The notes under the pieces: model-generated
Database searches by the model: none
Seen by the model: the letters and a program-made list of their open reading frames with translations, nothing else
What the model was told of the DNA's origin: nothing
Source: Octopus bimaculoides
Lineage: Eukaryota
DNA length: 64,000 nucleotides
Direction: 5' to 3'
NCBI RefSeq assembly: GCF_001194135.2
Contig: NC_069007.1
Coordinates: forward strand, 3,740,225-3,804,224
Position numbers and translations under genes: made by a program
In this document: one piece after another, positions 27,016 through 41,700 of the stretch
How the letters are laid out: every line of letters begins with the position of its first letter
How positions within the stretch are numbered: position 1 is the stretch's first letter

Positions 27016-29750
27016 CATATATATATATATATACACATATATATGTATGTATGTGTGTGTGTATGTATCTCTTTCAGGTGCAAGTATGGTAAGCACCAGC
27101 CGGAATGAACACACAGGAATACATTTATGTCTTCAGAAAAGGATTCAATAGCTCTTGTGAGCTATTTAAAAAGACCTATATTTCACATTAGTCATAGCAC
27201 TATGAAAACACGCAACCAAATCAAAACATTACTAAATCAAGAAATGTTTAATGCTGTAACCACAGCCTAATTTAAATGATTATATATTTTGGTTTTCCAC
27301 TACCACTGTCATATTAGCATCATGGGAAGGAAAGGGGTGGGGGCAAAAATGTCTGTTTTAGTCATATTTTCTCTCATCATTATCTTTATTTTGGAAAACG
27401 TATCTCATGCTACGTATATTGTTTATATATTTTCTAGTGCCAACTCCTGATGGCTACTGAATGCCATGAGATTTCTCACACCATATAACCCATCTGTTGT
27501 GTTTCTGAATTATCATACCAAATAAACATTAATCATTCTGATGATACCAACCAGCCCCAGATTCCATGATGTACCAACCACTCTCTTTGAAAGTGTTCAA
27601 ATCCAAATTAAAATATTTCATCAGAAATTTTCATTATGTTCAAAAATCGGCTTACTAACCAAACAAATTTATTTTACTGAATACCAACAAATTATTATCA
27701 TTTAAAACATATGGTCACAAAAAGTTTACTCCTGAGAGACAACATTTATCATTCCTGAGGATTTTCAATAGGTCTATTTTGTTACTATATATATATATAT
27801 ATATATCATTTAACGTCCACCTTTCATGCTAACATGAGTGGGACGGTTTCACAAGAGCTGGCCAGGCAGAAGCCTGCACCAGACTTCTGTGACTGTTTTG
27901 GGAGAATTTTGACAGCTGGATGCCCTTCCTAACACCAACCACTCAGCAGGGTGAACTTAGTGCATTTTACGTGGCTCAAGCACAGGCGAGGTCAGTTTTG
28001 GCAAGGTTTTTTACAGCTGGATGTCCTTCTGAACACCGAACATTTTACAGTGTGGACTGGATGCTTTTAAGAAGCACCTGCACAGGGTCACCAAGTACTT
28101 GGATGACAAGACAAAAAAAAAAAAAAAAACTTTCAAGAAGGGAGGGGACATTGGAAGAGGCAATCCTGTGTTGGATGATGAAAGGTTAAAGTGTGACAAA
28201 GAGACAGAAACAGGTGTCTTGCTGTAGAGGAAGTACAAGGTTACCCAGCCAGAGAGAGATCAGGAATGATAACAGAAACAGGTGTGATATATATATAAGG
28301 GTTAAGACCCCCCTTTGGTCATGAAAGACCATGAGACTGCAGCTAGAAAGTTCCCTTCCTAGGAACAAGTCCAGGCAAGATTGTTTACAGAAGACCAGCA
28401 GTTGACCATGCATACCAGCCTCCCCTCTCTACACCACTGATGTTATCCAAGGGAAAGGCAAAGGGGCCGATACAGCTTGGCACCTGGGATGTTGCAACTC
28501 ATTGCAACAGATGAGTGAACAGGAGCAATGTGAAATAAAGTGTCTTGCTCAAGAACGCAACACAACAGCCTGGTCCAAGAATCCAACTCACAACCTCATG
28601 ATTGTGAGCCCATGATTGTGAGTTCCTTCCAAGCACTGCTGTAAGCAGCGGAAGTGAGCTAGAATGTTAAAACTTAGTGCACATGTACACCAGAGCTCAA
28701 GGTCAATTTTTACCAAGCAGCTTTCCTCTGCGTGCTTTAGCTTCGTTACTATGGCAACAGTCCGGATACTTATTGATCTGACCTCATATATATATATATA
28801 TATATATAATGTATATATAATTATATTACATAATATATGTAAGTCAATTCAGCTAATTTCCCCCTTTTCTTTAAACAATTACCAAATTGAATGTTGGAAA
28901 AGAAATCTTACCGTTGTGGTAATTCCGCCAACAAATATCCTGTTTGGTATCACAGTTCCGTATTTTGGTGCCTGAGTACTTATCGGAGTACCAACGGGAG
29001 TAGGACATGGTGAAACATCAGAAGAGGACTGCAAAAAATAAATAAATAAATAGAGTTAATTCCTTTCTTCATGAAAAAAAGACGGATTCTTCTTTTACTC
29101 TTGTCTGTTGAAAATCTTTTGTAGACAAGCAAGAGTATTGCATATCTTTCAAAGTAACGTTCACCATTGTATACTGGCCATTAAGTATGCAATATGCAAG
29201 ACAAAATGCAATGCTATTTTCCTGATTAGTTTGCGTAATTAATAACTAGCACAATCCTTTGACCTTTTAGTGGTTAATGACCAGCAGAAGCATTCAGGTT
29301 TTATTTGCAGAAATGTTTTTTAAAAGAACTTTCCAACTCCTAATAGCAGTTTCATGTGATGAGAATCAATTCTTCATTCAAAAAAGAAAACATTCTTTAA
29401 ATAATTAAACCAGGAACATATTTCTTAGATATAAAGGAGTTATACTCCTATTTTAAGCTAATAACACCTAGCTGTTAGAACTAAGTATCAATTTGTTATT
29501 CAGGTAAAACTTTGACATGCATCTGCTTACCATCACAAAACCTGAGCCTTTTAGAGGACCAAATATACAATTATTTGGCCAAATCCCTTTTCAGACAAAT
29601 AATGTAAGCAAAACAATTTGACTAGTGACACAGAGCTTTCAGAATCCTCAATTATTTTTAACCTGTTGTTGAAGTTGCAGACAATGTAGTTTAAGGAGTT
29701 GCTTTTAGGCATTACTAGCGGTGAAACCTGGCACTGTCCAGGCATGCACA

Positions 29751-29793
<43 letters not shown>

Positions 29794-32700
29794 CTGCATA
29801 TGTGCCGGTATACATGCATGTGTGCTCAGTTTACTCAGCTGAAAATGAGTACCAGCCAACTGATGGTGCAGCTCATCCTTGCTCCAGCTGTCACAGCCTC
29901 TATGTTCTACGATATCAAGGGATGGAAGGGGCCAAGAGAGTGTTAATGTTTGTTTACGACTACATAGGTACCTAAAAGCAATTAACAAAAAGTATGATGC
30001 ATGCCACCAGGTTACAGGTTATGCCTGCTTGCAAGAGACAGCTAATTTTATATATATATATTATGTGTGTGTGTGTGTGTGTACACATATATATATATAA
30101 TACAGAGGTATACACAGAAGTACATCTCATTACCTGTCAAACAGATTAAAGCACTCAAACAAATCAATGTAACAATCATGTGCGCATACATACATGTTTA
30201 TACAGATATACATATCAATGAATGTGATGGGGGCTAAGTGGTTCATAGAAATGGCGATCATCATCATCATCATCGTCGTCGTTTAACGTCCACTTTCCAT
30301 GCTAGCATGGGTTGGACGATTTGACTGAGGACTGGTGAAACCAGATGGCTGCACCATGCTCCAATCTGATTTGGCAGATGTACATAAAAATGGGGTACAT
30401 ATGAAAAATGTGGTGCGTGCATGCATGCGAGCACACACACACACACACGTGTACATGCATACGTTCAGTGAATATGTGAAGCACAATGAAAAAAGATGAA
30501 ATATCCATATTTCAGAAATATCCATATTTCAGAAATCTAACATTAGAACCTTATTGTTTTCCTACATTTTTGATGTCACTGAGAATTGTCAGGGGTTCAG
30601 TGAAAAGTTGTTGAATGGTGCTATAAATGTAGGTAATTTATAAGATTATTAAAATCCTTCTTAAAGGAGTCAATACTACATAGGTAACTAATCTCTGTGT
30701 TCAAAGACTTCCTCGTTAACATTGTATGCATTGTATCAAAACAAAAAACCCGCATACACACAGTATCATTGTCTTAAGTTGCTATGCTTTATATTCACTC
30801 ACTTGAAATCTTTGATTTGAATATTTCAGTGGCCTCTGCTTCACTCAGAAACTCACTTTGTCAAGACCATGTCCATTATCAGATTCACTCCTAACTACAT
30901 GTCACAGCAAATATTTCAGAGTTGCCTCCCTTCGTTCTCCCTTCGAACCAGTAGTTAAAGTTAATTTAAATAAACTTTAAATAAACTTTTTTTAGCTAAC
31001 TACATTTAAGCATGTTAGCCTCCACATTGCTCTCTAACAACTTTTCTAGGATGAGTTATTTTCCCTTTTGCACACACACACGCACGACTGAGTAAATGCG
31101 TAAAAGTTAAAAAGAGCAACACCTAACAAAGCACCACATTTATCCCGTTTGATTTACATATTAAGATCATCCCGTTGCCATGATACAGTTATGTGAAAAG
31201 CTCGCCCAGTGAACTGATTCCACAAGTCACACCATCTCATTTGTTCTTTATGAGGCATTATACAAATAGTCATAAATCACCAGTGAACCAAGGACCTCCT
31301 GACAGTTCTGATTCCCAACATCAGCCAGGTTAATTTGTCAATAATATTATCAGTAAAGACGATAAGACATTACAATTTTTCATTTTGCCAGTCTTAAACT
31401 CTCCAAAACCTCACATAAACTTAATATAGAGGCTGATATATGGAAAATTTTACTATTTCTCATTAATTACTTTTTTGATATTTGTTAATCAGTGACATCT
31501 CATTGGTTTCTCCACTAAGTTATATCCATTTCTATTTGTTTTGCTTTTTTGTAAATTGCCAAACCATTATTAATTGGAGCTATGTAGGAGCTTTTTGATG
31601 ATAGCTGTAAGATTTTTAAGGGCTATGAACTATAAAGGTAATGCAGAAATATTGGATGAAATTTGAAAGCAGTGACAGAAACTCTTGCATGTGGTAAAAA
31701 TGTAAATGTTTACATTTCGGCTCAAGAAATCCAAATTATTTTTATAAGATGAGAAACCATATCTTCGAAACATGAAAGAGAGTTAAGAAAATATTGCGAT
31801 CACCACTGCTGTAGTCATTGCCGTCATCATCATCATCATCATCATCATCAGAATAATTTAATGTCCACCTTTCCATACTTGAATGGATCAAATAGAATTT
31901 GTTGGGGGCAGGTTTTCTATGGTCTGTTGCCCTTCCTGTTGCCAACCATCACCTGTTCCCAAGCAAGCTGATATTTCCCCATGGCCAGACATGCTTTTTG
32001 CGAAAGACTGGAAACAAATAACCTCGCTTGTATGAAGAGGGTGTACATTTACAACCATCGCATGATGTCTAAGCGAGGGCACACACACAAACACACACAA
32101 CAGGCTTCTTTCAGTGTCCTTCTACCAAGTCCACTTACAAGACATTTGCTCAAACTCTTGTGCCGTGAGACTGAACACACGACCAGACAATTGGCAAGCA
32201 AGCTTCTTTAACCACGCATCCACATCTGCATCTATGCCATGCCTGCCATAGACAAAACTTAATGTAATAATAAAGTAATGAAGAAAAACAGAAGAAAAAA
32301 AATGAACTACTAAACTATCTTGGAATTCAGTCATCAACAGTTAGCTATGCACACAAATTACTTTTTGAGAAATGATGCAACAAGTGAACAACAAACGCAT
32401 CAGCATAAAGTGGAAGCAATTACCAAAGGGGAGAGAGTAACAAGATGAAGACAACTAACCAACCAATTCAGGAATAGATTTGGTAAGTATTGGAAAAACC
32501 ACCAATTCTGAAATGTCTTTCTAACCATGCACAAAGGACAATGTTACAGAAAAGTTGGGATTTATAGGATTGCATTAAGCAGCTGTTGATAATTTCTTTG
32601 TTACAAAACTAAATAATTGTAAGTAATTATTATTAGACACATAATTATCTCATAGAAATGTAATAAATCACTGATGCCTAGATATCTGTATATTTTGCAA

Positions 32701-35700
32701 AGATTTTGAAATAACATTAACCATTTAGCATTTAATCCGGCCATATCCAGCCCAAAATATACTCCCCGATTTATGTTAAAACTGACCAGATCCAACTTCT
32801 CACACCTATATACAATGCGATTCTTTCAGTTGCCATCTACCAAATCAACTCAAATGGTTTTGGTCAGCCCAGAGCTATATATACTTGCTGAAGGTGTCAC
32901 ACAGTGGGACTGAACCTGCAACCATGTGGTGCAGGTGTGGGTGTATTACCACACACCCACACCTGCACCTGATGTTTGTGATATTAAACAAAAAGATTAT
33001 TTCATAAGCATAAAATATGGTGTGTGGCAATCCTGCCTAACACAAATTCCAGGCTTAACTAGCTCAGTATCTAGTGAGGGTCCTTGCCCAAGTTATCTTA
33101 GAGATCTAAGATGGGTAAATAGTCTCTTATTCCCTAGCCTTTGTTTCACAAGGCAAGAGAATAAACTTCATAATAAATCCAGAGTTGAATTTCTAAGAGT
33201 TTGACTTGACACTTTTCGAGTGATTCCTTCAACCAAACTAGTGCTAAACATACTGCTCTGCACTTCTTTGGATCTCACCAGCAAAGCCTGATATCCCTTC
33301 ACCTATGCGCATGCATGCACGCAGATATAGAAAATCACAGGTAAAAATCCAATATGATCCAAGATGGTAGTCCAATTGCTTAATCCAAGATAATCTGAGG
33401 TGCAGGGAGGGAACTGCAAGAATTAAGGTATTCCAAGGATTGAGTGAACTGGTAGGATTGAAGGGTACAAGTACACAATGAACAATGAAGGAAAAAGTGG
33501 GGAAAAAAAAAGATGCCCAGACAATCACCTCTAACACTATTCCTCAATTCAATCTCTCTTCCACAAGATCTTACATACCTTCTGCCTCTTTCAGTCCACT
33601 TCTTCCCTAACTTGCTTACTCACTTCATTCAACTATATATACCCACAATCTATACAGCTTGCTGATGGCATGTAGCTGCCAGCTTTCCTTTCATCTGGCC
33701 CCATCCAGATCCATCCCTTGTTCCCAGCCCTGCTTCAACACAAAAGCCCTTTATCACCAACACGATCCTTTACGGAATCTAACCACTGCCCCTTTGGTAT
33801 TTCCATGCAGTAAAGGAGAGCTGGTTTTGGGGGTTGAAAATGCACCTGGGTCTTAAAACCTGTGATCACTTTTAAATTTTGAAACAGATTTATTAAAATG
33901 CCAAACCAGCCTCAACAATTCTTTGTTTCCCAATGGTAAATAAGAATTAAGAAGTTCAGGGGAGATCGAAGATACAAGGGAAAATTTGGAAAAACATGCT
34001 TAAAAGATCAAATGTTCGTATGAATTCCAATATTCAATATAGTCATCATCACCACCATTGTGCAAATGCACTCCAAGCTTGTATGAGTTTCTGAAAGGTT
34101 AAACAAGATCCAACAAGTTGGAGGACCACAGGTTAGGCTTTTTTACAGATAAATGCCTTCCTAATATCAATTACTTTTCAGAGCGTGCTAGGTGCATTTT
34201 TAAATCACCTGCCTCAGCAAGACCAAAGGGTCCTCTCGAAACCTGTATTGTTTCTACTTGGTTTGCTAACCAATGTGACAGAGTGCTACCAGCACTAGTG
34301 AGGTTGCCTCGTAACCTATGGGGTAAAAGAATTATCAACACTGCAATAGAAGAGAAGAGAACAGAGAAAGCTGACTTTAGGTGAAATGTTGGAAGTGAAA
34401 TGTTACAATATGCTACACAAGATGGATTTGTTGTTGTTAGACATTTAAACATGATTCAGAAGGATAGAAGAAGGAGAGGCGGTAAGGTATGGATGGCAGA
34501 GGGAAGAGATTTCAGAATGCAAGGTCAAGTGAGATGGTACAGTCTGTAGAAGAAATGACAGAGATGCAAGTGTATGAGAAAGGTACAGATGGAGGAAGGA
34601 ATTTAATAAGCACAGGTAAAATGCTTGCCTCGGTCACAGGTGGATTGGTGTGACGAGTGGAAGAGATAGCAGGGAGGTGAGAGTATAGACTTAGTACAGA
34701 GGTGAGAAGAGGTGATGGGAAGGTGTGAGGGCATAGACCAGGCAGTAGGCCACAGGATATTATACAGTATCCTATTATTTTAGTGGGAATTTTCACAAGC
34801 TGATGTGGGAGGTTGGATCCTCAGTTTGCCCTGGAACTTTCTCCAACCTTTTTCTTATTCTAGCCACTGCACTTCCAGAACACCCTCCCCCACTACCAAC
34901 TAGCTCACCTAGGTTAATTAAAATTATCGACCATTTCTAGAAAGTAATATAGACATATGGGGAAATCTATTTCCTGAAAGTTCTTCGTACTTGTTGTCCT
35001 TGTGCAGCTGCTACATACGAAATCTGCATTCTCTGACAATCTGCCTACATATCTTGTATGTCCAATGTTTACACTAGTCACACCTTATAGAATTTCTATT
35101 GACTTCTGCTCTGCAAACAGAGAGCAAACATTTCCCTGTTGCTATAACAGCCTTGTCTTTCCTACTTACAAAAGTTTTAGTTTTCCAGATTTCACTTCCA
35201 TATCTGAAATTTCTGCTTCAATTCTTCTACAGATTCTGCTGCAGGAGTAAACTCACCAGCATGCTACAGTTCCCAAGGGCAGCCTCTGTTATGGCTTGAA
35301 GGCAGCCAAGAACTTAGCTCTGATGCATCCCTACCTGCACACAATTCATTACCGAACATATTGCTCACTCACCTTACTGATTGTTCCTTGGCTCTCATGA
35401 ACCATTTATCTACTCCTAGATTCCTTAGAAACCACCTTCCCTGCTGGAAATTAGAAATAGCAGCCAAATTTCTTTCAAATCACACCCTCATATTATAAAC
35501 AAGAAGGATATATTGGACTGCATAGTGTGAGATAATACAGTGTTTATATATAAGCCTGAATAGTCATAGGTGAAACATTTTTGAAAATAGCTCTGTTTGG
35601 CCTGAGATTAAACAAACAGAACATATGAAAAACATCACAATTACAACATTCTCAAAAAATCTGAATGTCTATGTAATAACATCAAACTGTTTATTTTCTA

Positions 35701-38700
35701 CCTGGCTCAAATAACAAATCTCAAGCTAGTTATAGGAAAGTGAGCCAACAGAAACATTAGAGCAATAAAATGCTTTGCAGTATTCGTTTCAGTACTCAAC
35801 GTTCCAAGTTCAAATCTCATCACAATAATTTCACTTCAATAGTTTCTGTATTAAAGTGAAACTATCTGACATTACAATAGTGAGATGTTATTGTTTCACT
35901 TTTGACACATAATACTGCAATAGTGGAGGAGATGTGATATTGCACTGGGCTCGCACTAGGCAAAAAGTTTAAAAATTGGGGGGGCCTAAAACACTACATG
36001 GACCCCTAAGTAAGGCATGCGTAAAAATTTGAATGAAATTAGTTGTGTAGTTCTCAAGTTTTAGGGATTCACAGACAGACAGACACACATTCTCATTTCT
36101 CTATATATAGATAATAAAAGCGAAATTCTGTCTGTCTGTCCATCTGGGACCCCTGTATCTCAGTCTACATTTGCTCTACATAGACATATTATATACCTCT
36201 TTGGAATCAAGATGATCCTGCCCTTCGTTTGGTTCTTGAACATCCAGCATTGGAATCAGGTCTGGATGAGGATTCGTTTGTTATATACTAACAGTTGAAA
36301 ATTCAAATTTTGAAAGACCTCTAAAAATTTATGAACTTGCAAGTTTTTCATTTAAACTGAATTTCAAGTAATACCATATTGGTAGGGTACCAATAAATGC
36401 TTTATTATTATTATTGCTCTCTTTAGTTTTGGACTGCAGGCCCAATTAGCTCTCTGCAGGAGTTAGCTTATAATCCAGCACAGAGTGCAGCTTTTAAGCT
36501 GGTATTAAATATACTAACAACACAGCAGCAACACAAACACCAGAATAGCTGAACAGAGTATTATGGATTCACTTCCAATTGGAGTCAGAACCACTAAAAG
36601 AAACAGGTATGTACTTAGGGTTAGTTGACTCAATAGACTTAGTTAAAACAGTTTCAAGTTACAACCTTTTTGACTTTACATTGCTTTTATAAATTCATTT
36701 CAAATTTTGGCACAAAGCCAGCAATTTCGGGGGAGGAGGTAAGTTGATTACATCAACCCCAATGTTCAACTGGTACTTATTTTATTGATCCCGGAAGGAT
36801 GAAAGGCAAGGTCAAGCTCGGCAGGATTTCAACTCAGAACATAAACATAGACAAAAGGCCATTAACCCTTTCGTTATCGTATTTCTGTTGAGATGCACTG
36901 TGTTTCTTTCAATTAATTTTAAATACAACAAAGAGTTTAGTAAAATAACTTAGTTATCATTAAGCTAGTGTTAGGAACATAAATTGTGACTAAGCTTTTA
37001 TATGCACACACACATTTATATGCAATGGGCTTCTTTCAGTTTCAGTCCACCATATCCACTCATAAGGCTTTTGGTTGGCCCAAGGCACCTGCCCAAGGTG
37101 TTGTGCAGTGGACTGAACCTGGAATCCTGTGGTTGGGAAGCTAAGTCAGTTTATAGCATTATTTCATTCTTCACAGCAAAATCATAAAAATAGAAAAACT
37201 TAGATTATTCTACAAATTCATTTGTTAGAAATAGCAGCCAAAATGTCTTTTCAATACTGCTCTACTGTCTTAAAAAAGAAAGCATGTGGGTGAAAAAAAA
37301 TTAACAGGATGGTCACTAGTGGAATGCCTTTGATAATATGACTATCCGTGTTGGTTGTCATGGAGTTAAATAACAATACATAAATACACACACAAGGTTA
37401 AGCAAGGTTACCAAATTCACTTTGCAACTACATGGTTTCATGACACCAGGGAGCAAGTGTATTCTCCTATAACCTCAAGCTGACCAGTGCCTTGTGAGTG
37501 AAATTCGGGAGACAGAAACTGCGTAGAAGCATGTCATGTGCATGTGTCTGGCATTAGGAAGGACATCTGGCCATAAAATACGACTTCAATAAGTATTGCT
37601 GAACTCATATATATACACACACACACGCACACTGCATACACCAGTGAACCAATCTTGACAAAACTTTGCATACATATTAAACTAACAGCTAGTTGAATTA
37701 TAGGCTAATTGGATTTCAATAAAAATCTATAACAGGCTCCTTAGGCGGGGGGGGGGCTGTAGCACATGTTTACAAATCAATAACACATCTGATGATATGA
37801 ATTAAGTAAGGCTTCTGTAAGGCTCAACCATGCACTCCTTCATGTAAACAGCAAGCAACCTTTGTGAGAACTTGGCTTTCCAAAAGGAAAACAATTCTGC
37901 ATGCAGAGCCCTTTCGTCAGCCTAAGGTCACATTAAGGACACGGTCAACTGCAGGATTTGTGAATAGGAAATGGAACAATGTATTGACAAATGACCTGGA
38001 AGTTGGTTCACCACGAGATTAATTTGATGAATTAAATCCAAAGCACCATAACATCTTAATCATTTGTTTTTTTGCGCAATGCGAGATGTGGCTAGGCTAC
38101 AATAAGCTACATGTGACTATTCCAACTACAATACATGGACCATTTGTCAATGTATTTGTAAATCTCTCTAATTGAGTTTACTCAGATGCATAATTCGTTT
38201 GTTAAAATAATATAGGGACATTCCTTATTCACCCACTAACCGAATTAATAGTTTGTAACACCTATTTTTAGCAATAAACTATTACCATTAAGGATGGGCA
38301 TAAAGAGGGGGAACCGAATAGGAAAAGGGATAGGACATGAAACAGTGTAATGGTTAACAGGAACTGGGAATAACCCCCACTTACCTGGTATTACCAGTCA
38401 ACTCATTTCTTTTACTCATTTGTTAAAATGGTATAAGAACATTCGTTATTCACCCACTAATTGTATTAATAGTTTGTAATACTTATTTTTAGCAATAAAC
38501 TATTACCATAAAGGTTAATAAAATATTTAATGGCTTAATTACACCCGATTCTAAAAATTATATATTGACATAGGAATGGGAATGGAACTAAAAGGGGAAC
38601 TGAACAGGGAGTAGGATAGGACATTTTGGCTGCTATTTCTAACAAATGAATTTGTAGAATAATCTAGGTTTTTCTATTTTTATGATTGGCTGTGAAGAAT

Positions 38701-41700
38701 GAAATAATGCTATAAACTGACTTAGCTTCCCAACCACAGGATTCCAGGTTCAGTCCACTGCACAACACCTTGGGCAGGTGCCTTGGGCCAACCAAAGCTT
38801 TATGAGTGGATATGGTGGACTGAAACTGAAAGAAGCCCATTGCATATAAATGTGTGTGCATGTGCGTGCGTGTGTTTGTCCCCCACCACTGCTTGGCAAC
38901 TGGTGTAATGGGAATAGGAACTGGAAATAACTCCCACTTTCCCAGGTATTACCAGGTAATTCAGCTAGTGTGTGTGTGTATATATATATGTACACACACA
39001 AATCATCTGGTCACTTCATACCAAGGGTTAGTGTCAGGAAGAGCATGTAGTTATAAAAAAATGGTTCAAATAACCCATGCAAACATGATTAAATAGACTT
39101 AAAAATGAATGAACAAATGATAGCCATACATTTTTTCTTTTTTTTCTGGCATTCCGTCTCTTACAACGTCGAGGGTTCCAGTTGATCCGATCAACGGAAC
39201 AGNNNNNNNNNNCTGTGAAGAATGAAATAATGCTATAAACTGACTTAGCTTCCCAACCACAGGATTCCAGGTTCAGTCCACTGCACAACACCTTGGGCAG
39301 GTGCCTTGGGCCAACCAAAGCTTTATGAGTGGATATGGTGGACTGAAACTGAAAGAAGCCCATTGCATATAAATGTGTGTGCATGTGCGTGCGTGTGTTT
39401 GTCCCCCACCACTGCTTGGCAACTGGTGTAATGGGAATAGGAACTGGAAATAACTCCCACNNNNNNNNNNGCTGGCCCTTTGAAATACAGGTACAACAGA
39501 AACAGGAAGTAAGGGTGAGAGAAAGTTGTGGTGAAAGAGTACAGCAGGGTTCGCCACCATCCCCTGCCAGAGCCTCGTGGAGCTTTAAGTGTTTTCGCTC
39601 AATAAACACTCACAACGCCCGGTCTGGGAATCAAAACCGCGATCCCATGACCGCGTGTCCGCTGCCCGAACCACTGGGCCATTGCGCCTCCACAGCCATA
39701 CATTATATATCTATATATTACATGGATGTTACGGGGTACTCTTCTAACATGGGGAACATGTGGAATCATCATGCATAGTGTTAATTGAATAAAGAGAAAA
39801 AAATCTATGAATATGTTCATTTATATTAATAGCTATCATTTAATGTAAAACTGAAGGCATGTATTTTTGGCAATGCATGGTCAAATGGTCAAAACAATGA
39901 AATAAGTTGCCAAGTGGAACCTAGACTATTAGTACCAGGAATTTTATAACCAAAAAAAAGTCATCAGTAAAATGGATATTCCGGAGTGCCAACTCCATAA
40001 TGGTAAATAAGTTGGCTGATTCCTTGGCACATGCGAAAATAATGTGAATATAAACATTGTCATTGAGAAAACAAATCTCACAAGGGTTAAGAGTTTTTGG
40101 TTTAGGGCTATGATTACACTAATGATATTTCTTAATTCCTTTTTTGTTTACATCTTGCTTCACACACACACATATTTATTCTTTTATCTGCTTCAGTCAT
40201 TTGACTGAAGCCATGCTGGAGCACTGCCTTTAGTCGAACAAATCTACCTCAAACTAGCCACCCATATACTGAACCGAATTATAGTGTCACACCTGATGAC
40301 TGGCATAGCAGTATAATCATTAACTGTTTCTAGAAAGAAGCAGTTACACAAGTTTCAAACTATAATGGACTAAGTCATTGAGGTAACAGAAAGAGTTGAG
40401 CACAATTGATTAGGGAGAAAATCCACCAAGATGAGAAGTAGCTTATGTCTGTCCCAGGTTGGAGTAGGACTAAAGCTCTCTTTCATAGAGACAGCTGCAA
40501 GAGCAAGCCTCTTTATTAACCAATTTGTTAATATAGCACAGGTCTTTCTCTGACAATTCCATTACCTATGCAGTTGCTAATTACCATGAAACCTAAGAGT
40601 TAAAGAATGGCTGGTGAGAGCAGAGAAAGCCATGTATAAGAGATGCAGTGAGCAAAATGAGGGCTGGAAAAGAATTCGGAAAGGAATTTGGAGAGCAAGT
40701 GAGTTGTGTCAACCAAGAATTAGTGCTCAGCACCCTCCTATAGATTGTAGTCCTCTAGATCATAAAATGAAAGTTTAAGACTGGTTGGCCATGGGAGCTT
40801 CTGTATGCTGATGACCTAGTTCTTGTAGCAGAGACTGTGGAATATTTAGAAAAAAAATCCATACGTGGAAACAAAATGTAATAAGAAGAGGCTTTAAAAG
40901 CAAACTTAGTGCAAACTCTGATTTTAGTAAAAAAAGAGAGAGAAGATAAGATTCTGATTACTATTAGAGGGATGGCCATGCTTATCAATATGCAGAAAAG
41001 GAATAGGTAAGTAAAGTCTATAACATGTGATCTTTAGGTGCACAAAAATTAGTGAATTCGAAGGCAGGCAAACAACTAGAGGCTTTGCTTGCAGTATAGA
41101 TGTATAGGTGGAGTAAGCTCTTGGAGGACCAGCAAAATAAATTCTTTGCTATGCTCAGAGGACGTTAGAGAAACAGGTAATAGTTTCTGTCACCTAATCA
41201 GCAGTGAACGGGGGGGGGGCGTACTATAAGTATAGTGGCAATAATAACAGTGTAAAAAGCTCAGAGAGTTATTTACCTGTACATGGTAACATGGGAATTC
41301 TCTCTCTAAGAGAAAGGTATATTGTACAACCTATGTGTACAACCTGCAATGCTGCAAAGTAATGAGACGTGGACACTGAATATAGAGGATTTGTGAAGGC
41401 TGAGAAGAAATAACATAAGTAAGATCTTCCAGGTGTGTAATGCTACTGTGTATGAATGACAAAGCAAAGATAAGCTGAGAGACAAGCAAGGTATAAGAGA
41501 AATCGAATATAGTATGTAGGAGAGACAGCTATGCTAGAATGGACATGTAATGCATATGGAGCATGTCAAACAGGTAAAGATGTGCCAAAACATTCACGTA
41601 GAAGGATCCAATGGAGGAGGAAGACCCAAAAAGATATGGCCATAGAAAGCGAAGGCTGATTATTAGGAAGCTGAGCCTCATATAAAAGATGACAAAGAAA

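Noticed and set aside
38379-38390. ACTTACCTGG, matching the U1 snRNA 5' end and a perfect minus-strand donor
   Set aside because: No further U1 similarity; the nearest open ATG ends in phase 2, out of frame with exon 2.
39213-39460. Third copy of the SINE/flank segment, identical to ~38689-38937
   Set aside because: Flanked by two 10-N gaps and dropped into the middle of an unrelated SINE; best explained as a misplaced contig.
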